IMG/VR virus record: IMGVR_UViG_3300027747_004168
DNA from: an uncultured virus (IMG/VR IMGVR_UViG_3300027747_004168)
Taxonomy: Duplodnaviria; Heunggongvirae; Uroviricota; Caudoviricetes
DNA length: 64,000 nt
Strand: one strand, 5' to 3'
Made by a program: the position numbers and the translations under genes. Positions 28,115-37,272 of this stretch are shown one piece after another (positions within the stretch are counted from its first letter, which is position 1; every line of letters starts with the position of its first letter). The notes under the pieces were generated by a model. That model ran no database searches. It was not told the DNA's origin and worked only from the letters and a program-made list of their open reading frames with translations.

Positions 28115-28390
28115 GTGAAAGTCAAGAAGAACAAAACGCAAGTGATTCGCGAACACCTGCTCTCCCTCCCCCCGTCGCGTCGTAGCCCCACGGCGGTCGC
28201 CAAGGAGCTCAAGGCCAAGGGGTGCAGGGTCACCCGCGGCCACGTGAGCGTGGTCAAGTCGACCATGGGCAACCGCAAGCCCGATCCGACCGGCCGCAGG
28301 CTCTTGCTCGCCAAGAAGTTCCTCGGCGAGGTCGGGGGTTCGGCGGAGGCCCGCCGTCTGATCGCCATCGTCAGCCGGATCATGAACTGA
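28115..28390 (+). CDS. small basic DNA-binding-like protein
   Basis: NKTQVIREHL...PTAVAKEL...VSVVKS...LLLAKKF..EVGG; related to the repeats in 18078..18962. Confidence 0.65.
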   Translation: MKVKKNKTQVIREHLLSLPPSRRSPTAVAKELKAKGCRVTRGHVSVVKSTMGNRKPDPTGRRLLLAKKFLGEVGGSAEARRLIAIVSRIMN

Positions 28391-29316
28391 TGCGGCCGGG
28401 ACTTTGCTGCATCTGTCTGGCTCTCGAGGACCGAGACCCGCCCCTCTCCTTCCAGAGGATGACCTACAAGTCGTTCTCTTCGATGGACAGGGACAAGGCC
28501 CTCGGCATCCTCGGGGGCCGCATCCTCAACAACATGCGTGTCACGCTGGCCGCGATAGCGTACTGTGGCGAACGCGGCCTGTGCTACAGGCTGTCGAGCG
28601 ACCTATTCCCGCTCATCACCTACGAGAAGGCGGGCGTGTCCGTGGGAGACCTCCCACAGCAAGACATGATACGCGAGTCCATAAGGGCTATAGCGTCTCA
28701 TATATCGAACCATAAAGTCAGGGTCAGCACGCACCCGAGCGAGTTCAATGTGCTCGCGACCGAGAACGAGGACGCGCTGGCCAGGACGGTCAGGGAATTG
28801 AACTTCTACTCTTGGTTCATGGATCAGATCGGATGCCCGGCCGACTACGAGTCCCCGATAAACCTCCACATAAACAACAACCAAGGCTCGCCCAAGGATG
28901 TGGTGACCCGGTTCGGCCGAGGCCTTGGACTACTCGACCCAAACTGCCGCTCTCGACTTGTGGTCGAGAACGACGACAAGCCCGCCTGCTGGTCTGTCAG
29001 GAAGCTCGTCCGCCACATGCACGAGGAGCTCGGATGCCCCGTCACCTTCGACTACCTGCACCACAAGTGCCATCCGGACGGCCTCGCGGAAGAGCAGGCC
29101 ATTCTCCTCTCCTATGAAACATGGGGCGGACGCACGCCTCTCTTCCATTACTCCGAAAGCAGAGACGAAGCCAATCCGAGGGCCCACGCCGACTATCCGT
29201 CTAAGAAACCCGAGTGCTATGGATTGGATTTCGACCTGGACTTCGAATTCAAGATGAAGGACCGGGCCATCGCCCTGTACGAATCCAACATCGCAAGAAA
29301 GGTTGGCGCTGCATGA
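28390..29316 (+). CDS. uvsE: UV damage repair endonuclease UvsE
   Basis: YRLSSDLFP, RVSTHPSEF, INLH, RLVVENDDK, FDYLHH, LFHYSE, AHAD, EFKMKD. Confidence 0.92.
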   Translation: MRPGLCCICLALEDRDPPLSFQRMTYKSFSSMDRDKALGILGGRILNNMRVTLAAIAYCGERGLCYRLSSDLFPLITYEKAGVSVGDLPQQDMIRESIRAIASHISNHKVRVSTHPSEFNVLATENEDALARTVRELNFYSWFMDQIGCPADYESPINLHINNNQGSPKDVVTRFGRGLGLLDPNCRSRLVVENDDKPACWSVRKLVRHMHEELGCPVTFDYLHHKCHPDGLAEEQAILLSYETWGGRTPLFHYSESRDEANPRAHADYPSKKPECYGLDFDLDFEFKMKDRAIALYESNIARKVGAA

Positions 29317-30443
29317 AAATCCACCCCGAACTCTTTGCCCGCGATTCCGTCGGCAATGTCCGCACCTGGCACATGGAGCAGGACGGGGGCCGATACCGCA
29401 CCGTCAGCGGCGTCTGGGGCGGCGAACTCGTGACCTCCGAATGGACGGTCGCGAAGCCCAAGAACGTCGGCAAGAGGAACGAGACGACCGGCGAGGAGCA
29501 GGCCAAGTCCGAGATCGACGCCCGCTACAAGAAGCAGAGGAAGACGGGCTACTTCGACGACCCCGCGGACGTCGACAAGGCCCAGTACGTCGAGCCGATG
29601 CTCGCCAAGCTCTACAAGGACTACCACGACGAGATCGACCTGTCCCTCGGAGAGTGGCTCCTGCAGACCAAGTACAACGGGATGCGCTGCATCGCCACCA
29701 AGGACGGCCTGTTCACCCGCAAGGGCGAGAGGTACCTGAGCTGCCCCCATATCGAGGAGGCCCTCCGGCCCTTCTTCCAGGAGCATCCGGGGGCGGTGCT
29801 CGACGGAGAGCTCTTCAACGAGAAGTTCCGCCAGAGCCTCAACGAGATCAGCAAGCTCGTCCGCAAGACCGTAAACATCACGGACGCGGACCTCAAGCGG
29901 AGCAAGGAACTCGTCCACTACTACATCTACGACGGCTACGGGTTCGGACTTGAAAAGGAGCGCCCCTACCACGAGCGCAAGCAGTGGATCGACAGCAACG
30001 TGACCGGCAAGTACACGCATGTCGCCAAGGTCGAAGACTTCCATCTCAAGAGCAAGTCCGACATGGACAGGCACTACCAGGCCCTTGTGGACGAGGGCCA
30101 CGAGGGAGCCATCCTCCGCCACAGAGGCATGAAGTACGAGCACAAGCGGAGCAAGAACCTGCTGAAGGTCAAGCCGGAGGACGACGACGAGGCCGACATC
30201 GTCGACATCATCGAGGGCGAGGGAAACTGGGGCGGCACCGGCAAGGTGATCAAGCTCCGCTGGAAGGGCAAGGAGTTCGACGCCACCTTCAAGGGCACGC
30301 ACGAGGAGGCCGTCCAGTTCCTGAGGGACAAGAAGAAATGGGTCGGCAGAACCGTCACCTTTTTGTACAACGGGCTGACCGGCCTCGGCACGCCGAACTA
30401 CGCCAGAGTGGACATCAAGAACTGCGTGAAGGGGGATCGCTGA
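29313..30443 (+). CDS. ATP-dependent DNA ligase
   Basis: PMLA, KYNGMR (motif I), LDGELF, YD, EGAILR, KRS..LLKVK, C-terminal OB fold. Confidence 0.92.
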   Translation: MKIHPELFARDSVGNVRTWHMEQDGGRYRTVSGVWGGELVTSEWTVAKPKNVGKRNETTGEEQAKSEIDARYKKQRKTGYFDDPADVDKAQYVEPMLAKLYKDYHDEIDLSLGEWLLQTKYNGMRCIATKDGLFTRKGERYLSCPHIEEALRPFFQEHPGAVLDGELFNEKFRQSLNEISKLVRKTVNITDADLKRSKELVHYYIYDGYGFGLEKERPYHERKQWIDSNVTGKYTHVAKVEDFHLKSKSDMDRHYQALVDEGHEGAILRHRGMKYEHKRSKNLLKVKPEDDDEADIVDIIEGEGNWGGTGKVIKLRWKGKEFDATFKGTHEEAVQFLRDKKKWVGRTVTFLYNGLTGLGTPNYARVDIKNCVKGDR

Positions 30444-30573
30444 TGAAGCCCGACAGGGAATGGAAGTGGCACGAGGTCACCGACCCCAAGATCATCGCTG
30501 AAACCATCTGGATGGCAGACCGCCCGCGCACTTGGCGAGAGTGGTTTCTGATGGTTTTTGGGGACTTCTTCCG

Positions 30574-31380
30574 TTGAACATCGCCGTAGTGCTCAACGCC
30601 CACGAGAACTCCGAAACCTTCAGAGATACCCTGGAGAGCGTGAGGCACCACTGGACCGACCGAGTCCTGACGGTGGTCGACGCAAAGGGCTGGCCCCAGT
30701 TCGAGGACGACGATTCCCCCACCTTCAAACTAGAGGGCTTCTGGCACGGCAAGTCATCGGCCCCCCACCGGAACATGTGCCTGGGTCTCATGAAGGCCTG
30801 GGAGACATGGGGCGAGTGCGCGGATTGGGTTTGCTACATGGAATACGACTGTCTGGTTGGCTCTTCCGACATCGCCGGCGTCCTGTCCGAAGCCGACTCC
30901 GAGGGCGCTTGGATCGTGGGTAACGACCACAGGATGGACGCCAGGAGGATTCCCTTCCTCGATCGTTTCTTGAAGAGCCGGGCGGAGGTGCAGTATCTCC
31001 TCGGCTGCTGCCTTTTCTTCAACAAGAGCTTCATGAGAGTCCTGGACGGCCAGGACTTTTTTCGAAGATTCCTCTGGTTCACCAATTTTAACACCGATGC
31101 GCCGCGCCTGGTCGACGGCTCTGGCGCGGCCGAGGAAGTCTACGACATAAGCGAGTTCATGTACCCGACTCTGGCGGGTTTCTACGGCGGGAAGGTCAAG
31201 GAAATGGCCTGCTGGGACGGGGTTTCGTGGAGGGGCGACGCGGTGCGCTTCCCAATGAGGTTCAGGCCCGACCTCGTGGAGCGATCCTACGAAGGGTCCT
31301 GCGTGCTTCATCCCATGAAGGACTTTGCCAACCCGGTAAGGTCGTACCATCGGACGAAGAGAAAGTTGACGTTCGGTTGA
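30574..31380 (+). CDS. glycosyltransferase-like protein
   Basis: N-terminal beta strand, EYD (DxD-like), C-terminal HPMK; TTG start. Confidence 0.45.
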   Translation: MNIAVVLNAHENSETFRDTLESVRHHWTDRVLTVVDAKGWPQFEDDDSPTFKLEGFWHGKSSAPHRNMCLGLMKAWETWGECADWVCYMEYDCLVGSSDIAGVLSEADSEGAWIVGNDHRMDARRIPFLDRFLKSRAEVQYLLGCCLFFNKSFMRVLDGQDFFRRFLWFTNFNTDAPRLVDGSGAAEEVYDISEFMYPTLAGFYGGKVKEMACWDGVSWRGDAVRFPMRFRPDLVERSYEGSCVLHPMKDFANPVRSYHRTKRKLTFG

Positions 31381-31424
31381 GGCTCAGGTATCATTCCGCC
31401 TTCTTTTTTGGCTTTCGGGGAGAT

Positions 31425-31829
31425 ATGTTCGTGCAAGGAAGCGATCCGGAGATCGACGCGGAGCGTCCGTTCAGCCTCATCGACCCGCTTTTCAACAAGA
31501 AAATCTTTGCGGCTTTCGTTCTGTTTCTTTTTGCCTTTTATTCCTTCCTGTTTTGGAGGATGTCCGATTCGCCAAGAACCGAGCCTCGACCGAACAAGGC
31601 TCCCATCAATGACGCCGAATATAGAAAGGGCTACCTCGAGGGATGCCGAGCGTTTCTCGTACAAATGGATGCCGACATGACGGCTGGGTCGTCCGATTCT
31701 CCTCGGACGGAAATGTCGTACTCTTCCTCCCACGAAGGTTACAGCGAGCGGGCAGTCAAGGGATACATCGACGGTTATCATCGGGCTGCGGAGTCGCAGC
31801 ATTGTCCAAGGGGTTCACATGAGAACTAA
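31425..31829 (+). CDS. membrane-anchored hypothetical protein
   Basis: GGGGAG SD; TM helix; GY..G motifs. Confidence 0.6.
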   Translation: MFVQGSDPEIDAERPFSLIDPLFNKKIFAAFVLFLFAFYSFLFWRMSDSPRTEPRPNKAPINDAEYRKGYLEGCRAFLVQMDADMTAGSSDSPRTEMSYSSSHEGYSERAVKGYIDGYHRAAESQHCPRGSHEN

Positions 31830-32169
31830 TTCGTATCCTGTGGTCGCGGCGGGCGCCGTCGCCGTCGCCGTGGCCCTCTTGCAAATAGCCGTCTACCAAT
31901 GGTGCGAGATAGGGAGCCTCAAACGTGAACTCCGCCTCATGTCCACTGCAAAGGAGATCGCAGACGACCAGATCAGCGAACTTTCGACCGCGTTTGAGAG
32001 GGTTTGCTCGGAGCGCGATTCGGTGGCCGTGAAGAACTTCGTTCACGGCGTCGTGGAGGCGATCAACAGGCCAGATCATTTCAAGTCCGTGTGGCACGAC
32101 GGATACAACCAAGGCGTAAGGACTTTTAAGTATGCGACTGGGGAGGAAGGGGAGGACCTGAATCGCTGA
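31819..32169 (+). CDS. membrane-anchored coiled-coil protein
   Basis: N-terminal TM, coiled coil, WHDGYNQG. Confidence 0.6.
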   Translation: MRTNSYPVVAAGAVAVAVALLQIAVYQWCEIGSLKRELRLMSTAKEIADDQISELSTAFERVCSERDSVAVKNFVHGVVEAINRPDHFKSVWHDGYNQGVRTFKYATGEEGEDLNR

Positions 32170-32500
32170 TTCGATCCCGCCAATGTTTGGCATCCTCGAT
32201 CACATGGGGATTGTGACGGTCCCATCTTTTGAGATGCCCGAAGAAAAGGTGGCAGTTGAATGTCCTGCTCTCGCACAGAGAGATTAGGTTGCTCGGATCA
32301 AGTTCTAAGGATGGATCGAAATGAACCGGAATCACATGGTGGGGCACGACGCCCTTTCTGCATCCGCAGGCCTCGCAGCACGGGCGCTCCTTCAGGTGCC
32401 TCTCCCTGACGGCCTTCCATTTTGGCGACCGGGGAGCGGACAGAGCCTTGATCCCCCCGTCCCAAGCGTCCCAAATCTCAATGGCAAGAAAAATCATCAC
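32126..32500 (-). CDS. small HNH endonuclease
   Basis: RSPKW..VR..HL...CEACG...HHVIP...NLISLCE...CHL..GH. Confidence 0.85.
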   Translation of the reverse strand: MMIFLAIEIWDAWDGGIKALSAPRSPKWKAVRERHLKERPCCEACGCRKGVVPHHVIPVHFDPSLELDPSNLISLCESRTFNCHLFFGHLKRWDRHNPHVIEDAKHWRDRISDSGPPLPPQSHT

Positions 32501-32523
32501 GCACCCCCTTTATGGAGTTTTAA

Positions 32524-32715
32524 ATGAGGGCCCTGTCTCTGTCTGACGGCTTCGACATGAAAAACTTGGCAAAGGCCGTTGCGGCCGAGATAGAAGACTA
32601 CGCCAGGCAGCACGGTGAAGTGCGGGGGGCCGTCCTCGTTCTCTCCGTCAAATCCTGCTCCGATTCCATGGAAGAAAGCGGGGCTGTGCCTCCACGAGAG
32701 ACCCAGCCCCGCTGA
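32524..32715 (+). CDS. hypothetical protein
   Basis: GGAG SD; 63 aa. Confidence 0.5.
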   Translation: MRALSLSDGFDMKNLAKAVAAEIEDYARQHGEVRGAVLVLSVKSCSDSMEESGAVPPRETQPR

Positions 32716-32724
32716 CGTCATGGA

Positions 32725-32925
32725 TCACTTTACCTGTACGACTTTAACATTGGGGTCGCCGATCGAGAGGATTCGGAATTTCTTGTGCTTTCCGCCCGTC
32801 AGGAAGTCGACTATCGTCGTGTTCGACGGCCAGGGAAGCTTGGGATTCTTTCTGGAGACGTAGTAAACCTTCTGTTTTGTCTCCGTCGTCTCGTCGATGA
32901 TCTCAAGGTTGGATGGGGTGTTCAT
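32725..32925 (-). CDS. hypothetical protein
   Basis: GGAGGT SD; 66 aa. Confidence 0.6.
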   Translation of the reverse strand: MNTPSNLEIIDETTETKQKVYYVSRKNPKLPWPSNTTIVDFLTGGKHKKFRILSIGDPNVKVVQVK

Positions 32926-33071
32926 CTCTTACCTCCGTGTAAAAGGATCGAACACTTTATTTAGAGACCAAGACCGGATAAAAACGCTTATTTTGGAAAA
33001 GGTTTGCGCTCCTCCCGCAGTTGACACGATCGGGTGTCGCGCGTAAATTTGAGCTTTAGAAGGGGACTTTT

Positions 33072-33428
33072 GTGCAAGATTTTTCGTGGCTCGGAGTCGA
33101 ACCTCCCGCCCCGCCATTTTCGGCGTTGAATCCGGAACAACATCCCAACTTTGAGGGCCTGATCGGCGACCCCGAAAAGATGTACTGGTATTCCCTGAAG
33201 ACCAAGCGAAGGCTGCCGGAAGAACTCCACGGCGCCATGATGCTTTGGTCGTTTGTCCCAGACCAAAAGCAATGCGTACAGATGTATCTAGACTGGACCG
33301 CGCACTGCGAGGAAATGGATTCGTGGCGGAGCAAGCACGAGGCCAGGATGAGAAGGATAGATCGGATGATGACATTCTCCATGTGCGCGTGCGGTGTTCT
33401 TTTGGCTCTGGCGATTCTCTTCAAGTAA
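33072..33428 (+). CDS. hypothetical protein, 'LP..LH..M' family, with C-terminal TM
   Basis: RRLPEELHGAMML...VQMY. Confidence 0.6.
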   Translation: MQDFSWLGVEPPAPPFSALNPEQHPNFEGLIGDPEKMYWYSLKTKRRLPEELHGAMMLWSFVPDQKQCVQMYLDWTAHCEEMDSWRSKHEARMRRIDRMMTFSMCACGVLLALAILFK

Positions 33429-33429
33429 C

Positions 33430-33654
33430 ATGCTTCAATTCGTCATAAAAGTGCTGATATGCGCCGCGTTTGCCGTGCCACCCACCTTGTTGGCGGGGGG
33501 CCTTTATATCGCGGTCGCGGCCGGAATCGTGAATGCCATGCGTCTCAACTACGGAGAAAGACCAAGGTCTTTTCAGGTCCTCAACGCCGCCGTAGCGCTG
33601 ACCGTCGTCTCTTACTTCGTTTTATTCGCGGCACTTTTGGCCTGGCTTCTATGA
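33430..33654 (+). CDS. small membrane protein
   Basis: Two to three hydrophobic segments. Confidence 0.55.
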   Translation: MLQFVIKVLICAAFAVPPTLLAGGLYIAVAAGIVNAMRLNYGERPRSFQVLNAAVALTVVSYFVLFAALLAWLL

Positions 33655-34455
33655 CGCCCCGGCTTCGCTGAAGTTCTTGAACACTTGCCGAAGCCTTTCT
33701 ATCGCCTTTTCTGTGGTGATGTTTTTAGTCGCATATTCCTTCGCGTTTTGGGCTATCCTCCGCGCGAGTTCGTCGTTCTCCAGGGTCCATTGGTGCCTCT
33801 CCAGAAGGTCGGAAAGGTCCGAGGACACTGGTATGAAGTGAACGAATGGCTCCAGATCGTCATGGAAGTACTCTACGTACATTCGGTCGACGAGGAACAG
33901 GGGCCTCCCAGAGAAGAGCAGGAATTTTAGGCGGCCGGAGTATCCGGCTCCGCCTATGTCGAGAAGGTAGCGGTATTTGCGAACCATCTCGGGCATGGAT
34001 ACGTAGACGCCTGAAGACGCGCCCTTGTATCCCGCGCGTTGGAAGTCGAACTTGTCGGGGTGTTTTGGGGCAAGCTCGTTGACCAGCATCGGCCTCGTCC
34101 TGCTCTCCGGCAGGTTCGTACCTGCGGACTCTATGTTTCCGAACCACGCGACCTTGTCGGACAGCGGGGCGAGCTCGCCCGCCTCGGCTATCTCCCTGAA
34201 TGTCGTGGGGCTGTCGTTCACGCCGGAGCTAGGCCAGTGACAGAAAGTCCAGTCCGGACCGGCGAACGCCCTCCTCCAAGGCTCGTCCTTGCGGTAGCAC
34301 ATTGAATGTTCTTTCGTGTGGGGCCATGTCGAACTGCCTCGGTCGTCGAGGTTGAATGTGATTCTTGGGAACGGCTCCCCGTACGCTTCCATGTACGCTC
34401 TGCGCATCTCGAAGTACGAGTTCTTTCTCTCTTGGTATGGATGATTCCCTTCCAT
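33649..34455 (-). CDS. GT90 (CAP10/POGLUT-like) glycosyltransferase
   Basis: PDWTF..W, KYRYLLDIGG.GYSGRLKFLL, EYF...LEPFVHFIPV..DLSDL, A.RIA.NA. Confidence 0.88.
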   Translation of the reverse strand: MEGNHPYQERKNSYFEMRRAYMEAYGEPFPRITFNLDDRGSSTWPHTKEHSMCYRKDEPWRRAFAGPDWTFCHWPSSGVNDSPTTFREIAEAGELAPLSDKVAWFGNIESAGTNLPESRTRPMLVNELAPKHPDKFDFQRAGYKGASSGVYVSMPEMVRKYRYLLDIGGAGYSGRLKFLLFSGRPLFLVDRMYVEYFHDDLEPFVHFIPVSSDLSDLLERHQWTLENDELARRIAQNAKEYATKNITTEKAIERLRQVFKNFSEAGAS

Positions 34456-34541
34456 GCTCGTATCTATGGAACATGTTTTCTGCGCCCCTTCGGATTTCTT
34501 CCTATATTGCTTCGTGGGGAGAATTTGGTATAATTACGGAC

Positions 34542-34922
34542 ATGAGCAAGAAGCAGATAACCATCAAGGAGTTCTTGGTCGCCGTGGGCTTCAGGCTGGA
34601 CTGCGGCTACGAGTACGGCTGGAATTGCTATGGCGAAAATTCCTGCGGCATCGGCTGGGAGAGTCCAGACGCCTCCGATGCGGCCGGCATCGTCTACGAC
34701 TCCAAGACCCATGTCGTCTACGAGGTGCAGGTCTGGGACGTCATGAACGGCGTGGCCCGTCGCTGGATCAGGCCGGGCTTCGTTTCGAAGCACCACAGGG
34801 AATCTAGGACTCTGGGCTTCGACCCCTCCATGTCCATCGACAAGGAGAAGTTCGTCGACTCGTCCCCCGCCGAGTGCATGGACCTCCTCAGGAAGATCGT
34901 CAGGAGGAAGAGGCGTGTCTGA
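34542..34922 (+). CDS. hypothetical phage protein
   Basis: ORF from MSKKQ; TATAAT 7 nt upstream. Confidence 0.65.
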   Translation: MSKKQITIKEFLVAVGFRLDCGYEYGWNCYGENSCGIGWESPDASDAAGIVYDSKTHVVYEVQVWDVMNGVARRWIRPGFVSKHHRESRTLGFDPSMSIDKEKFVDSSPAECMDLLRKIVRRKRRV

Positions 34923-35079
34923 CGTGGCGATGGACAAGATAGAAATCGAAGTGGACGACTCCATCCTCTTCGAACTCATGAAGAGGGCGCACGAGGCCGA
35001 CGTGACGCTCAACAGGTACATCGAGGCTCTCCTGGCCGACTATCTGGACGAGCTGGAGCGGGGGGAGGCCACGGCTTGA
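34915..35079 (+). CDS. small ribbon-helix-helix-like protein (not in the ORF track)
   Basis: IEIEVDDSILFELMKRAHEADVTLNRYIEALL; overlaps both neighbours. Confidence 0.55.
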   Translation: MSDVAMDKIEIEVDDSILFELMKRAHEADVTLNRYIEALLADYLDELERGEATA

Positions 35080-35858
35080 AGGAGATATGCCGTATAGTCG
35101 CCGGAAGCCGGCTGTACGGCCTCGCCACGCCCGACTCCGACACGGACACTCGCGGGGTTTTTCTCAACACCGATCCGGCGGAGGTGCTGGGTCTCTCGAG
35201 GCGCGACGTCCTCAAGAGGGAGTCCGAGGACACGCTCTTCATCGAGTTCCGGCATTTCCTCGGACACCTGCGCAGGACCAACACCTCCGCCATAGAGTTG
35301 CTGTTCGCGGAGGGATTCGACTCCATGACCGACGAGTTCCGCGTCGTCAGGGAGAATCGCCTTAGCCTCATAGACAGCGAGATGCTGTTTTCGAGCCTCA
35401 TGGGGTACATCCATAGCGAAAGAAGGCTCGCCAACGGCGAGAGGACGGGCGAACTCGGGGGGAAACGCAAGGCGCAACTCGAGGAGTACGGCTTCAGCCC
35501 CAAGAACTTTTCGCACCTGCTCCGTCTGGCCTACTGCGGCGCTCATTTCTTTCGAACGTCCTTCTACCCCGTCAGCCTTGTCGAGGCCGAATTTCGCGAG
35601 TTTCTGTTCTCCGTTAAGGCCGAGCCATGGAGGCACTCTAGGGATGGACTGAACTTGCTTTCCGACGACGCCATTGATAAACTCCGACACGCGTACGAGG
35701 TCCGCGAGCGAAGCTTCAAGTTCGACCTCGGACTGGCCAACCAACTCTGTTTAGACTTCTATCTTCCCTTCCTGCAAGGAGGCCAAATTGGGAAACCCCG
35801 GGAGATTCAGACGGTACATGATGTCGGTTCTGGCCTACTACCGGGCGGAATGGACTGA
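35076..35858 (+). CDS. Pol-beta-superfamily nucleotidyltransferase (RlaP/NrdC.11-like)
   Basis: GSRLYGLATPDSDTDTRGVF, N...IELLF, GELG.KRK...GF..K...HLLRL. Confidence 0.88.
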   Translation: MKEICRIVAGSRLYGLATPDSDTDTRGVFLNTDPAEVLGLSRRDVLKRESEDTLFIEFRHFLGHLRRTNTSAIELLFAEGFDSMTDEFRVVRENRLSLIDSEMLFSSLMGYIHSERRLANGERTGELGGKRKAQLEEYGFSPKNFSHLLRLAYCGAHFFRTSFYPVSLVEAEFREFLFSVKAEPWRHSRDGLNLLSDDAIDKLRHAYEVRERSFKFDLGLANQLCLDFYLPFLQGGQIGKPREIQTVHDVGSGLLPGGMD

Positions 35859-36033
35859 CGTCGCGTTTGACGACGAACAGCACAGGATTGCACTCACCGA
35901 AGATCTGAGGAGTCTCATCAGAGGTTGCATGCGTGCGGGCATGTCGGTTCCCAACGCGGCGAAAGAGGTGGAGATACTCATCAAGCTCCTCGGCGGCGTC
36001 CTCAACCCGAAGTGCGACGACGTCGATCCTTGA
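35818..36033 (+). CDS. hypothetical protein
   Basis: Fills the gap with typical codon usage. Confidence 0.5.
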   Translation: MMSVLAYYRAEWTDVAFDDEQHRIALTEDLRSLIRGCMRAGMSVPNAAKEVEILIKLLGGVLNPKCDDVDP

Positions 36034-36177
36034 ACCCGCAGCCAAAAAGTTCGACTCATCAATGTTCTGAACTGGCGTACTCGACGCCCTCGGCACAAGC
36101 ATCCCCCGGCCTCGGGCGCGACCAGTGAGTCGTCGGAGCCTCTGAATCCCCGAAAAACGGAGGTCACTTTTTCGGTG

Positions 36178-36206
36178 TTGACAAAGTTCCAAAGTGTCAC
36201 TAGATT
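36178..36206 (+). promoter_or_regulatory. sigma70-type promoter
   Basis: TTGACA-N17-TAGATT upstream of 36231. Confidence 0.65.
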
Positions 36207-36230
36207 ATTATTGTCACTTGTGCGTCAACC

Positions 36231-36446
36231 ATGAACGAAACTTTCCAAAAATACCCCAATCTTGAGATTTTCGCTGATCCGCTGGACCCCGTCTACAGGG
36301 TCAAGTACACGGAGTGCGTTAAGGAACGCGGGGTGGTGCGCTTCGAGAAGCGTGAGGCCAGGGTTTCCAGGGAAGCCTTGGAAGCCCTTGTGGGAGAGAT
36401 AGTGATGGTTTCCGCCTTAATCCACAAGGCGGAATTGCGTGGATGA
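36231..36446 (+). CDS. hypothetical protein
   Basis: 71 aa ORF downstream of the promoter. Confidence 0.55.
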   Translation: MNETFQKYPNLEIFADPLDPVYRVKYTECVKERGVVRFEKREARVSREALEALVGEIVMVSALIHKAELRG

Positions 36447-36626
36447 AGATACTTTCACCTTACTAGACTTCGTTCTGATATCAGCACTTTCGGCGCTAAT
36501 ATGGCTGCTAAACAGAGTTCAAGATTCAAAAGGAAGAAGAGAAGCGGGGGAGATTCCGTCCCAACCGCGTGGCCGGAAGTTCCATTGGAGATGCGTAATG
36601 GAACAGGAGAACGCGGAACTGGAGAT

Positions 36627-36842
36627 ATGGTAGCGAGCAGGTTCGACCTTGAGGAGGCGATCGCGGCGTGCTGGTCGACCCAGGACGACCTGAAGCTGGT
36701 CTTCGAGAACTCGCTCGATGGGGACGCCTCCAAGGAAGATTTGGCCAATGCCCTTCTGGGGCTCGCCAGCATCCACGGCATGAGGGTCGAAAGGGCCTTC
36801 AGAATCTTCGAGGAACTGGTTAGGTCCGGGAAGATTTCCTGA
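36627..36842 (+). CDS. hypothetical phage protein
   Basis: SRFDLEEAI.ACW...D...NALLGL; GGAG SD. Confidence 0.6.
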   Translation: MVASRFDLEEAIAACWSTQDDLKLVFENSLDGDASKEDLANALLGLASIHGMRVERAFRIFEELVRSGKIS

Positions 36843-36860
36843 CGGGCATTTCGTACATAG

Positions 36861-36889
36861 TTTGCGCCGAGAGCGATCTCGGCTACAAT
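36861..36889 (+). promoter_or_regulatory. promoter of the tmRNA
   Basis: TTTGCGC-N16-TACAAT, 10 nt before the tmRNA 5' end. Confidence 0.6.
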
Positions 36890-36899
36890 TCGGCAACAA

Positions 36900-37252
36900 G
36901 GGGTCGTAACGGTATCGATTGGACGAGGAGGACAGAGAAGGCACGCCGAGGTTGGTCAGCAGGCCTCGTTAAAAGCAGACCGTAGCCTTAACCGGCAACG
37001 CTTACGCAATGGCTGCCTGATAAAAAGGGCAACCACGGACAGAGGGGGCGAGCGGGTAGCGCCCAAAAGTCCGTCGCCAAATCCCGCTGGCCCCGAGCAG
37101 GTCAACCTTGTTCGGGGCGAGAAAACAGGTTGAAAAGTCCTCGAGGAACCCTGTCCGTTGGGGTCTTCTCGGTCTGACAAAAAACGGAACAAGCGCGTAG
37201 ATGTCTTTGTTTGATTCGTCGCAAGAAAGGGGTTCGACTCCCCTCGACTCCA
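36900..37252 (+). ncRNA. ssrA: tmRNA, tag (A)GNAYAMAA
   Basis: Acceptor stem GGGGTCG/CGACTCC+A with G3-U wobble; T-arm AGGGG-TTCGACT-CCCCT; pk1 stems CGAGG/CCTCG and GGTC/GACC; tag ORF 36994-37023 ends GCT GCC TGA TAA; 353 nt; CCA not encoded. Confidence 0.95.
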
Positions 37253-37272
37253 ATTAACCAAGAGGTTTGAAC

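Noticed and set aside
29217..30302. 361 aa minus-strand ORF
   Set aside because: Antisense shadow of the DNA ligase.
37228..37252. Possible tRNA from the GGTTCGACTCC T-arm
   Set aside because: There is no anticodon arm, and the acceptor partner lies about 350 nt upstream, so this is the tmRNA 3' end.
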